Source of the DNA: a virus
DNA: 39,064 nucleotides
Strand: one strand, 5' to 3'
Virus record (IMG/VR): IMGVR_UViG_3300029951_000066
This document shows positions 25,659-34,678 of the stretch, piece by piece. A program made the position numbers and the translations under genes. How positions within the stretch are numbered: position 1 is the first letter of the stretch; each line of letters starts with the position of its first letter. Below the pieces are notes generated by a model. The model was given only the letters and a program-made list of their open reading frames with translations, was not told the origin of the DNA and did not search any database.

Positions 25659-26122
25659 TCACCTTTTCCATCGAGCGGTTCTCCGACGTGTACGGCGAGA
25701 TGAAGCCGTTGCTAGAGGAGCACTATGTGGAAATTTCCACCCACGTGGCGCATGGCGTTCCGCTAAAGCCTAGAACGCAGGTATACGAGGATCGCCAAGC
25801 TGATGGTTCATTGATGATTGTGGTTGGTCGCGAAGCCGGTGATATCGTCTCGTACTTCTTTTGCTTTATCGCTTCCGCGCTCCACTATGAAACCTGCCTG
25901 ACCTGCTCGCCAGACATTTTCTATGTGAAGCCAGATCGACGCAAGGGTCGCTTGGGCATCCGGATGTTTCGATTCGTCGAGGATGAACTTAGACGCCGCG
26001 GCGTAGTGCGGTGGGCGGTGGGTAGCAAGATAGATCACGATGCATCTGCGCTATTCAAGTATCTGGGCTTTGAACCCGTCGAGACCACGCATGAGAAGTG
26101 GTTAGGAGAAAAATCATGGTAG
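25655..26122 (+). CDS. GNAT-family N-acetyltransferase (GTG start)
   Basis: Motif RRKGRLGIRMFRFVEDELRRRGV...ALFKYLGFEPVE (GNAT motif A-like); GTGA overlap with the hydroxylase gene. Confidence 0.7.
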   Translation: MITFSIERFSDVYGEMKPLLEEHYVEISTHVAHGVPLKPRTQVYEDRQADGSLMIVVGREAGDIVSYFFCFIASALHYETCLTCSPDIFYVKPDRRKGRLGIRMFRFVEDELRRRGVVRWAVGSKIDHDASALFKYLGFEPVETTHEKWLGEKSW

Positions 26123-26907
26123 GTGCTGCAATCGCAGTTGGGGCCGCTACGGTTGGCAGCGCTGCTATATCTGCAAGTGGCGCTGAGTCTGCTGCTAATA
26201 CGCAGGCTGGCGCAGATAGCGCTGCCTCTGCTCAGCAGATGGCGATGTTCAATACCATCAACGGGCAGGAACAGCCGTTCATGTCGGCTGGGGTCAGCGC
26301 AACTAATTCACTGTCGCAATTGCTTGGACTGACGCCCGGTGGCTCTGGCAATGGTTACTTGTCGCAAGCTGGGCCAGCGCCGTTTTCATTCAATCCATCG
26401 AGCATCACAAGTTCGCCCGGGTATCAATTTTCTCAAAGCCAGGGATTGCAGCAGACGCAGAACGCAATAGCGCCGAACGTTGGGGCGCTGTCTGGACCTG
26501 CCCTGCAAGCTTTGACCAACTATGCAACTGGTAACGCCGAGCAGTATTACAACAATTATTACAATCAAGCGTTGGGCGCATACACGACGAACTTTAATAC
26601 TCAGCAGACTGCGCAGAATAATATTTTCTCACGCCTTTCCGGCATCGCTGGCTTGGGACAGAATGCGGCGAGCAATGTTGGGACGGCAGGGACGCAACTG
26701 GGAACCGGTGCAGCTCAGGCGACTGCAGCAGGCGGCGCGGCACAGGCGGCCGGTACCGTGGGTGCGGCAAATGCCGCTGGAGCCGGAATAAGTGGCGCGG
26801 GTAACGCTTTTGCTTTGAATAGCATATTGAGCGCTAACCAGGGAGGGAGTGCCATTCAGGGGAGTGCCACTCCTGCCGGCCTAACTGCTGAAGACGCTGG
26901 ATTCTAA
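26116..26907 (+). CDS. Gly/Ala/Gln-rich putative internal virion protein
   Basis: ORF from ATG at 26116 with AGGAG RBS; low-complexity sequence typical of podovirus core or ejection proteins. Confidence 0.55.
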   Translation: MVGAAIAVGAATVGSAAISASGAESAANTQAGADSAASAQQMAMFNTINGQEQPFMSAGVSATNSLSQLLGLTPGGSGNGYLSQAGPAPFSFNPSSITSSPGYQFSQSQGLQQTQNAIAPNVGALSGPALQALTNYATGNAEQYYNNYYNQALGAYTTNFNTQQTAQNNIFSRLSGIAGLGQNAASNVGTAGTQLGTGAAQATAAGGAAQAAGTVGAANAAGAGISGAGNAFALNSILSANQGGSAIQGSATPAGLTAEDAGF

Positions 26908-26916
26908 GGAGAAATC

Positions 26917-28413
26917 ATGCCCGACTTCGGCTCCCCAGTCGCTACCGGTATAACACCGCCGAACCCTAACCAGCTTACACAATCGTTGTCCGGGATCTTG
27001 AGTCTCAAGAATCAGCAGCAACAGTTGCAGGTCGGGCAAGCGCAAGCGCAGCAGGCTCAGCAGCAGATGCAGGAGCGGCAGCTATTGCAGCAAACGTTAG
27101 CAAGTGGCACGGCGCCAGATGGAACCTCAGTAAAAGACTCTAGCGGCCAGATTGATCCGGTTGCGATGTCGAAATTTGCCAATACATCGCTGCCTCTGAC
27201 GGGGCAAGGTGTGCTGCAGTCGATCATCCAAACGCAGGATAATCACATCAAACTGAATGACTCAATCCGCGGACTGAGCCAGAACGTGAACAATGATCTA
27301 TCCGGAATCATTCGCTCAGGCGTCGGCTCGCCCGATCCTGTGGCGACGGTTGGGCCGGCTCTGGATGCGTATGCGCAGCAGAATCCAACTGCTGCTAGTG
27401 CGGTCTCACGCGTCAAAGCACTATCGCAAAACCTCAATCCGCAGATGCCTATGGATCAGCGGAATATGGCAATCCAGCGTCTGGCTCAGCAATTCCAGCC
27501 TGCGGCTACTACGGTGGCGGAACAAACACCGGGCATACGTACTACAACCGGCCCAGGCGGCGGCGTCCAGGCAGTACAGACTAATCCGCTTTCCGCTGTC
27601 CCAATGGGCGCGGTCGGACCAGAAACGGCGCAGGGCATCCCGCTGGGTGAGCGTTCGCAAGTCGGCACCAATGCACTGACCGGTGGCCCCACTGTGGTCA
27701 ACAAGAATGGACAGGGGCAAGTTACCGGGATCACGAATGCGCCGACGCAGAACGTCTACGTCCCGCAACCCGGAGACGCACAAGCGATTCCCGGACTCTC
27801 TGCCGAGCGCGAGGCGGCGCGCAATGCATACACAAGCGCTCCTTCTGCTCACACCAACAATCAACTGGTCCTGCAGAATATCGATAACGTTGCGGCAACC
27901 GGCGCTGTCGGCCAGAAGGCACGCGCCGCCCTCAACGTCTTTGGGCTTGGCCAAGATACCGATGCGGCAACTGCATATGACTTGGTGGGTAAGGGCTTGG
28001 AGCGCTCCGCATTGCAGGCAGCACAGTCGATGGGGCCGAATACAAATGCTGGTCTAGACGCGCAGATCAAGGCTAACGGTTCGCTTGGCTATACGCCCGC
28101 TGCTATCAAAGAAGTGACGAAGCTGAACGATGCTCTTACGACTGGCGTACAGGCGTATCAGCCTGGCCTAGAACGCGCCATCGCTGCGAATCCGTCTGCT
28201 GGCGTTATCGCCAAGCGCCAGTTCGACCAGCAATGGGGCGCGAACTTCGACCCGAACATCTTCAAGTACTACAACGCGATCAAGGCTGGTGACACTGGCG
28301 AGCAGCAGGCTATCGTTAAGCAGTTGGGCGGCCTGAACTCAAAAGGCTACAACGACATGATGCAGAAGGCTCAGAACCTCCAGAAACTGTCTAATACTGG
28401 CGGTTCTCAGTAA
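26917..28413 (+). CDS. Gln-rich putative internal virion protein (498 aa)
   Basis: ORF with AAGGAGA RBS. Confidence 0.55.
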   Translation: MPDFGSPVATGITPPNPNQLTQSLSGILSLKNQQQQLQVGQAQAQQAQQQMQERQLLQQTLASGTAPDGTSVKDSSGQIDPVAMSKFANTSLPLTGQGVLQSIIQTQDNHIKLNDSIRGLSQNVNNDLSGIIRSGVGSPDPVATVGPALDAYAQQNPTAASAVSRVKALSQNLNPQMPMDQRNMAIQRLAQQFQPAATTVAEQTPGIRTTTGPGGGVQAVQTNPLSAVPMGAVGPETAQGIPLGERSQVGTNALTGGPTVVNKNGQGQVTGITNAPTQNVYVPQPGDAQAIPGLSAEREAARNAYTSAPSAHTNNQLVLQNIDNVAATGAVGQKARAALNVFGLGQDTDAATAYDLVGKGLERSALQAAQSMGPNTNAGLDAQIKANGSLGYTPAAIKEVTKLNDALTTGVQAYQPGLERAIAANPSAGVIAKRQFDQQWGANFDPNIFKYYNAIKAGDTGEQQAIVKQLGGLNSKGYNDMMQKAQNLQKLSNTGGSQ

Positions 28414-31046
28414 TGGACGATCTGCTCGCCACGATCCAAAGCGGAAACCCGAGCGCGTCGCCGGCCGGACCAGCGCCGGCTGCGTCGTCGGCTAGTGGCG
28501 CATTCAGTCCCTCCCAGAGCTATGGCACGCCAGCAAAGCTGCTCGACAATCTCGCGTGCGAGGAAAGCAGCGGCGACCAGTATGCTATTAACCCGAAAAC
28601 CCAGGCCATGGGTCCGTACCAATTCACCCCATCCACTGTAGCCATGCTGCAAAAGCAGGGCGTCAAGTTCAACCCATTCGACCCGCAAGAAGCGCGTAAT
28701 GCTGCCGACTACTATTTGCAGCAACTCAAAGGGCAGAACGGCGGCAGCTATGAAGGCGCTTTGAAGGCCTATGGCGGGTTCAAGACCGCCGACCCTACAC
28801 AGTATGTCGCGAAGGCGATGAGCGGTGTAACGGGCCAGCAAAGCGCGCCGGCACCGACGATTCCAGGGCAGTCGAACTCCGGTGCTCAGCCACAGAGCGA
28901 CTCGGGTCCAATGTCGGATCTATTCTCGACGCTCCAGCAGGGTCCATCGCAACCTTCGAAGGTTGCGCAACCTGCCGCGCCCGCACCTGATAAGCAGCCT
29001 CCGGCGCAAGGCGGATTTCTCGCTGGCCTAGGCCGGTCGACGGCTGGACTCGCAGATACAGTGCTAGGCGCTCCTGGCGCTGCTGCTGGCGCCGCTGACT
29101 ACGCTGTTCGTCGTGCATTTGGACAGAATCCCCAGCAAGCGCAGCAGAGCTCCGCAGGCGACTTCGGCGGATCAGTCCATCCTGTCGGCAACGCTTTCGG
29201 CGTGACCAACACGCCCGAGTACCAGAATGAAGCATCACAGCAAGCTACGCAGGCCGTAGGCAATGTGGTCGGGAAAGGCGTTAATGCAGTGGCCAGTGCA
29301 ACCGGTCTACCGCCGCAAGACGTTTCCAATATGGTGGGGTCTGCATCGATGTTGGTCCCCGGTGCGGCTCACCTCGCTGCTCCGCTAGCGAAAGGCGTGG
29401 CGAACGAAATCGGCTACGCCGCTTCTGCTGCTGGCCAAGGCATAAAGGCTGCGGCTGGCGCTGTCGGAGATGCAGCGTCTGATGCCGCGAAAGCAGTTGG
29501 GCAGACAGCGGGCGACCTCAAGAACGCGACCAGCGTGGCGACTGGGATCAAGACGCCTCAACAAGTCGCTACCGAGCAAGCTGCTGGGCAAGCATCTATA
29601 CCTGTTGTAGGCGCTGGTGCTGCAGGCCGTCCGAGTATGGGCGCGGCGGGAACCTCGTTCGCGCAGCAGGCTGCGGCCGAGGGCGTTCCCGATGCGCTTG
29701 TCGGGAAAATTGCCGCGGCGGAAAAGAGTGGCACCTTGAACCCCGTCTCAGCAGGCCGGCACATCGAGGCCGGTTCTTTGCCAGTTCCGATCGATCTGAC
29801 TGCCGGACAAGCGAGTAGCGACGTGCGTTTACTCTCCGACGAATTGAATGCTCGAGGAAAGAACCCTGAACTGGCGAACCGCTTCAATATGCAGAATGGC
29901 CAGATCGCTGACAACCTCAGTGCGATCCGGGATCAAGTCTCGCCAAACGTAAATGTTCCCTCTGGCGCGCCGACGGGACAAGCGCTTGTTGATGCATACA
30001 AGCAGATGGACGCGCCGATCACGCAGCAGATTTCTGATCTGTATTCCAAGGCACGCGGCGCCGACGGCACACCCGCTTTGGTCAACGCTGCGCCGCAGAT
30101 GAAAGATTTCGCTTCGCAGATCGGTCCCACACGGTTCAATGCGCTGCCATCTAACGTTCAACAGATCTTCCGCGACGCAAGCGCCAATCAGGTATCTCTC
30201 CCGGCTGGCTTCGAGCAGAACGGTTCGTCAGTGCGTCCGATGAATGTCGGCGACTTGATGGATATCGATAAAACGCTCTCGGGAGCCATGCGCGGCGCCA
30301 CGGATGGTTCAGTTCGGCACGACATCGGCGCACTGCGCGATAGCGTCGTGAATTCTCAGCTTGACCCTTCGGCGGCGGGATCGGACGCCTTCGCAGCGTA
30401 CAAGACCGCGCAGGCGAGTGCGCGAGCGCGTTTCCAAGCGATGGACTCGGACCCAGCCTACAAAGCCGCAGTGAACGATATAGCGCCCGCGGGAGAGCCT
30501 TCTGCGCTGGCCGATGACTTCGTGCGCAAGTACGTGGCTGGCGGGAAGACTTCAAACGTACAGAACATGATGCAGAACCTGTCGAATGATCCGGTCAATT
30601 CGGAGCTCGTCGCTTCCGGGTTGATGGACCATATCAGGAGCCAGGCCGGTGTCGACCTACGCACTGGGTCGGGGAATATCAGTCAAGCGGGCCTGAATAA
30701 ATCCCTTCAAAACTTGGGCGATAAGACGCGCATTGTGCTCGGTCCAGAGGCATCGCAGACGGTCGAGAAACTCGGCAATGTTGCGCGCTACACGCAGGAG
30801 CAACCGCGAGGCAGCTATGTCAATAACAGCAACACATTTGTTGCGTCGGTCGCAAACGCTGCCAAGTCATCGGCAGAGGGTGCGGCTAACGTTGCGGCTC
30901 ATGGGATTCCCGTTGGAACATGGACCCGGCAGGCACTCGCAAGGCGTGCTGATGCAAAATCCGTGGCCAGCTCGCTTGAGCCGGGTGCCGGACTTAAGTC
31001 GGTTCCGCTCAATCAATTACTCAATAAAACAAAGGGGAATCCTTAA
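28413..31046 (+). CDS. Internal virion protein with N-terminal lytic transglycosylase (SLT) domain
   Basis: Motif CEESSGDQYAINPKTQAMGPYQFTPST (E-S catalytic, AxGxxQF); 877 aa; TAATG overlap with the upstream gene. Confidence 0.75.
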   Translation: MDDLLATIQSGNPSASPAGPAPAASSASGAFSPSQSYGTPAKLLDNLACEESSGDQYAINPKTQAMGPYQFTPSTVAMLQKQGVKFNPFDPQEARNAADYYLQQLKGQNGGSYEGALKAYGGFKTADPTQYVAKAMSGVTGQQSAPAPTIPGQSNSGAQPQSDSGPMSDLFSTLQQGPSQPSKVAQPAAPAPDKQPPAQGGFLAGLGRSTAGLADTVLGAPGAAAGAADYAVRRAFGQNPQQAQQSSAGDFGGSVHPVGNAFGVTNTPEYQNEASQQATQAVGNVVGKGVNAVASATGLPPQDVSNMVGSASMLVPGAAHLAAPLAKGVANEIGYAASAAGQGIKAAAGAVGDAASDAAKAVGQTAGDLKNATSVATGIKTPQQVATEQAAGQASIPVVGAGAAGRPSMGAAGTSFAQQAAAEGVPDALVGKIAAAEKSGTLNPVSAGRHIEAGSLPVPIDLTAGQASSDVRLLSDELNARGKNPELANRFNMQNGQIADNLSAIRDQVSPNVNVPSGAPTGQALVDAYKQMDAPITQQISDLYSKARGADGTPALVNAAPQMKDFASQIGPTRFNALPSNVQQIFRDASANQVSLPAGFEQNGSSVRPMNVGDLMDIDKTLSGAMRGATDGSVRHDIGALRDSVVNSQLDPSAAGSDAFAAYKTAQASARARFQAMDSDPAYKAAVNDIAPAGEPSALADDFVRKYVAGGKTSNVQNMMQNLSNDPVNSELVASGLMDHIRSQAGVDLRTGSGNISQAGLNKSLQNLGDKTRIVLGPEASQTVEKLGNVARYTQEQPRGSYVNNSNTFVASVANAAKSSAEGAANVAAHGIPVGTWTRQALARRADAKSVASSLEPGAGLKSVPLNQLLNKTKGNP

Positions 31047-31054
31047 TGGTTTCC

Positions 31055-31567
31055 CTATGCCTTTGTAAAGCGGCCCGTTCTTTCGTCTCTTCCGCCGCGC
31101 TTATTAGCGAGTTGCTCTTTTCTGGTCGCCCAACGGAAATTATTCGGCGCGTATGGCCCATCATTATCGACGCGATCAATTTCGAGATTCCCGGGCCTTT
31201 CTCCGACGTCAGCGAGAAAATATGGGAAATTCAGCCATCTATCACAGACGACTATTCCCCTGCCACCATAGCAATGGAAGGCTGGATTTTCCGGATTGTT
31301 GCAGCGATCTATCATTGCTCGCCATACCCAATAAAGAGGCGTATTAGATTTTCCGCTCCGAATATACTTCCTTCCTGTCGGAGTAACACATCCGCAAGAT
31401 ATGAGCACGCTTTGCCGGAAACCACTGATGATTTTTTCGTTTCCACAAGAGCATTTACAGAGCCACTGCGTCGACTTCCCATCCCCCGATCCCCTAGGAA
31501 TTCTTCGAATAGCGGTCAGTTCGCCATGAACTTCGCCCGGTTGGATCCGTGTATTTTTATTCGGCAT
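31055..31567 (-). CDS. HNH-type homing endonuclease-like protein, antisense within the virion operon
   Basis: AGGAG RBS; Cys-rich CKCSCGN...CGC plus motif WVWRAMIDRCNNPENPAFHCYGGRGIVVCDRW common in phage HNH/AP2-type proteins. Confidence 0.6.
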   Translation of the reverse strand: MPNKNTRIQPGEVHGELTAIRRIPRGSGDGKSTQWLCKCSCGNEKIISGFRQSVLISCGCVTPTGRKYIRSGKSNTPLYWVWRAMIDRCNNPENPAFHCYGGRGIVVCDRWLNFPYFLADVGERPGNLEIDRVDNDGPYAPNNFRWATRKEQLANKRGGRDERTGRFTKA

Positions 31568-31607
31568 CTACCGCTCCTAACCATAAATACTGTTTCTGGA
31601 TAATATC

Positions 31608-33881
31608 ATGGGAACGTCTGTCGTTCAGGCACCTGACGCAATATTGCAATTTTTCAATAATGCGGGGCTACCAAATGTCGGTGGAAGTCTGCTAACCCAG
31701 GTTGGCGGCGTCAACTATCCAACATTCGAGGATGCTGCTGGTAGCACTCCGCTGCCTAATCCGATCCCTTTGAACTCCCGTGGCGAGATTTCCAATTCGT
31801 CCGGTGTATCGAGTCAGCTTTTCCTTTTCGATGCGGTCGTTTATACCTTCACGCTATTCGATGCACACGGAAATCAAATTTGGGTTGCCGAAAATGTCAC
31901 AAGCGGCGGGGCAGAAACAGGCAGCATGACCGACGAAGGCCCATTCCTGGCCGGACCAACATTTACCGGTTCCATCACTGGAACTGCATTGACTATCAGC
32001 GGAGTGACCGGATCGGTTGCCATTGGTCAGACGTTGTTCGGCGCTGGTGTAACCGCAGGAACGACGATCACGGGGGGGGCCGGTACCTCATGGACCGTCA
32101 GCACACCGCAAACCGTCGCCTCTGAGCCAATGTCCTCGGCAGGCACAGATCAGTTTGCGCCTGGATTCAGCACGGTCCTGACCCTGGTCGGTTTCTATGG
32201 CAGCAAGTCGAATCTATGGATCCAGTTCGATGCTGCCTCGCAGGGAGAGGATACGTTTGGCCTCAATAATTTCACGTTGACCTTCAATGCTCCTATCCCC
32301 ATTGGTGTTCAAGCTATCTACATAAAAGGAGGCACTACAGTCAGTATTGGTGCACCCGGAACAGGGACAGTTACAGATTCCACCGTAGCCGCCAATGCAG
32401 GGATCGAGGCATCCAAGCTTTCCTATACTGCGCCCTACACTGGCGCCGTCGCTGAAACTGTCCAGGCACGGCTTTCAAATTCGGTCTCGGTAAAGGATTT
32501 CGGGGCAACCGGCAATGGTACAACTGACGATACGACAGCATTCCAGAGCGCCATCAACTCGGGCGCCACTCGGATCAGCGTGCCGGCTGGCACCTATCTG
32601 ATTACCAAGACGCTCAACTTCACGAATCGTGGGAGCGTGCCTTTAGTCATAAGTGGCGACGGGGGATACTTAGAACAAAATACGGGGACAACGCTTCTAT
32701 TCCAGACGGGCACATGGATGGCCGATATGACTGGCTGTCAATTCCTACATCTAGAGCATATGCGCTGGTTTTCCAATGGCGCCGCGACTGGTTTTTCGAC
32801 GCTAGGCTGTCTGTACGCGAGGTCAACTGTAGTCGGCTTCGCCATATTCAACTCGATGTTCAAGATGATCATTGAGTTGCCGTCAAGCTCAGGAAGTAGC
32901 GCGGGGTCTATCGCGCTAGCAGACAACTGCATGGAAAATTGTCTGTTCGATATGTGCTGGTTTCTTTCCGACACTCCTTATGCTTCCACATTGGCGAATG
33001 AGTTAAGTTTCGTGTCAACGTACGCGACAGTCGCTAACACTACGTTCAGCAATACCGACAAAACGTTTAGGCAATGTATTTTCTTGGCTAGGAACGGAAC
33101 GGGCTGCTTCTTACAGGGAGTGGCCGATACCACATTTGATCAGTGCAATTGGTCTCTAAATGGCGCTCTAGGCGGCGCCATAGCCGCAGCCATGACGATT
33201 TTGTCATCGGCGGATGGTTACCAGAACTGCTCAAACATACGATTCACTGGGGATTTTGAATCATTCCCAGCAATCGCAGCACTTACCGGAAATACAGAAG
33301 GCCTCGTATTCGACTGCACCTCGGCGGGCCTGACAGGTTCGGCATATATCCTAAACACATCGGGCACCACTCACGATGGCATGAAGGTAAAGGTTAATAC
33401 GCTGTCCGGAGCGCAATTGAAGATGATCCTCACTAGCTCCGGATCATCGATAGTGAACAATGCCGAAGTCCATATGAATAATGGGCAGACACTACTAGAT
33501 GGGGCACTCACGATCAATGGCGGGACGATTTACGGCGGAGCAAATGATCTTTCCAATTCTGGCGTTCTGTCGATCGCTCCAGCATCAAGTTTTATCGCAA
33601 CTTACGAGAACTCAAAGCTGACTGGGAGCGTGTCTTGGGCGCCAGGTTCTGTGCCCGGCAATAGTACCGTTCTGTTTCCCGGAACAGTTACAGTGCCTGG
33701 CGCGGTAGGAGGGTCTTCCGTAGCAGTAAAGGTGCCATATGCGATACCATTTTGTATCGCTAGTGGCTTCGTAACGACCAGCAATCAGGTTGAGCTTATG
33801 CTTTCCAATGTCAACGGCGCTGCATCCGCAGCTTTCGGTACTGGCACTTGGATAGTGGAAGTGAAGAAGGTCTACGCTTGA
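31608..33881 (+). CDS. Tailspike with pectate-lyase-fold (right-handed beta-helix) depolymerase-like domain
   Basis: Motif VKDFGATGNGTTDDTTAFQSAINSGATRISVPAGTYLI typical of Pectate_lyase_3/GH28-type tailspikes; N-terminal module shared with the 23926 protein. Confidence 0.8.
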   Translation: MGTSVVQAPDAILQFFNNAGLPNVGGSLLTQVGGVNYPTFEDAAGSTPLPNPIPLNSRGEISNSSGVSSQLFLFDAVVYTFTLFDAHGNQIWVAENVTSGGAETGSMTDEGPFLAGPTFTGSITGTALTISGVTGSVAIGQTLFGAGVTAGTTITGGAGTSWTVSTPQTVASEPMSSAGTDQFAPGFSTVLTLVGFYGSKSNLWIQFDAASQGEDTFGLNNFTLTFNAPIPIGVQAIYIKGGTTVSIGAPGTGTVTDSTVAANAGIEASKLSYTAPYTGAVAETVQARLSNSVSVKDFGATGNGTTDDTTAFQSAINSGATRISVPAGTYLITKTLNFTNRGSVPLVISGDGGYLEQNTGTTLLFQTGTWMADMTGCQFLHLEHMRWFSNGAATGFSTLGCLYARSTVVGFAIFNSMFKMIIELPSSSGSSAGSIALADNCMENCLFDMCWFLSDTPYASTLANELSFVSTYATVANTTFSNTDKTFRQCIFLARNGTGCFLQGVADTTFDQCNWSLNGALGGAIAAAMTILSSADGYQNCSNIRFTGDFESFPAIAALTGNTEGLVFDCTSAGLTGSAYILNTSGTTHDGMKVKVNTLSGAQLKMILTSSGSSIVNNAEVHMNNGQTLLDGALTINGGTIYGGANDLSNSGVLSIAPASSFIATYENSKLTGSVSWAPGSVPGNSTVLFPGTVTVPGAVGGSSVAVKVPYAIPFCIASGFVTTSNQVELMLSNVNGAASAAFGTGTWIVEVKKVYA

Positions 33882-33883
33882 GG

Positions 33884-34495
33884 ATGAAAATGAAACGACT
33901 ATTTATCTCACTGTTCAGTGCAGCATCGATCTGTGCACATGCTGCCACAAATCTCCCGATCCAACTGATAAGCCCGGTTGGTTCGACAAGTGGACAGGCA
34001 ATAGTTTCAACCGGAGCTTCGAGCGCGCCGGCTTGGACTGCGGTAGTTGGCGCATCATCTCCGACAATCACGACTCCGAATATTATCGGTGTAACTAATA
34101 CATCAAATGCGGCAGCTGGAAGCGTAGGAGAGGTCATAACAGCACAGAGTGGGGCAGTTTCTCTCTCGACATCGACATCGACAAATATCATAAGCATTCC
34201 GCTAACTCCTGGCGATTGGGATGTTCGCGGGAATGTTGAGTATGATCCGGCTGGCACGACGATTTTTGTGCAGTCTGTATCTGGAATTTCTGTTACTTCC
34301 GCCACTCTTCCAAGTTCACCATTGAAGGCCGTGAGTAATTACCCAAGCATAGCTGGCAATCAGCAGTCTTCTTTTTTGCCAATTACCCGCGTCAACATTT
34401 CTTCTCCAACTACAGTTTTTGTAGTTGGATTTGCAGGGTTTACGGTTAGCACTTTGACTGCAACAGCATACATTGCTGCTCGACGTATTCGCTAA
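33884..34495 (+). CDS. Secreted Ser/Thr-rich protein with N-terminal signal peptide
   Basis: N-terminus MKMKRLFISLFSAASICAHAATN (K-rich n-region, hydrophobic core, AHA cleavage-like site); lower GC than the genome average. Confidence 0.55.
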   Translation: MKMKRLFISLFSAASICAHAATNLPIQLISPVGSTSGQAIVSTGASSAPAWTAVVGASSPTITTPNIIGVTNTSNAAAGSVGEVITAQSGAVSLSTSTSTNIISIPLTPGDWDVRGNVEYDPAGTTIFVQSVSGISVTSATLPSSPLKAVSNYPSIAGNQQSSFLPITRVNISSPTTVFVVGFAGFTVSTLTATAYIAARRIR

Positions 34496-34504
34496 GGAAG
34501 CAAA

Positions 34505-34678
34505 ATGAGCCTTGATCAAGCGATTCCATGCCGCTGGTGTTCGCATTTCCACGGCGATATTTGTCCGCATGTTAAGGCGCTAGAATTCGCAGAGGATGGC
34601 GTGACTGTCATTCGCGTTGAGTTCCTAACGCCGAACGATCGTCTGCATACCGATATTCCGCACGGAGCGAAGTCATGA
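34505..34678 (+). CDS. Small Cys/His-rich protein (57 aa)
   Basis: Manual translation with AAGGAAG RBS; ATGA overlap with the next gene. Confidence 0.4.
   Translation: MSLDQAIPCRWCSHFHGDICPHVKALEFAEDGVTVIRVEFLTPNDRLHTDIPHGAKS

Noticed and set aside
31046-31603. 185-aa plus-strand ORF between the transglycosylase-domain protein and the tailspike
   Set aside because: Directly antisense to the RBS-supported HNH-like gene (31055-31567); no RBS; likely spurious.
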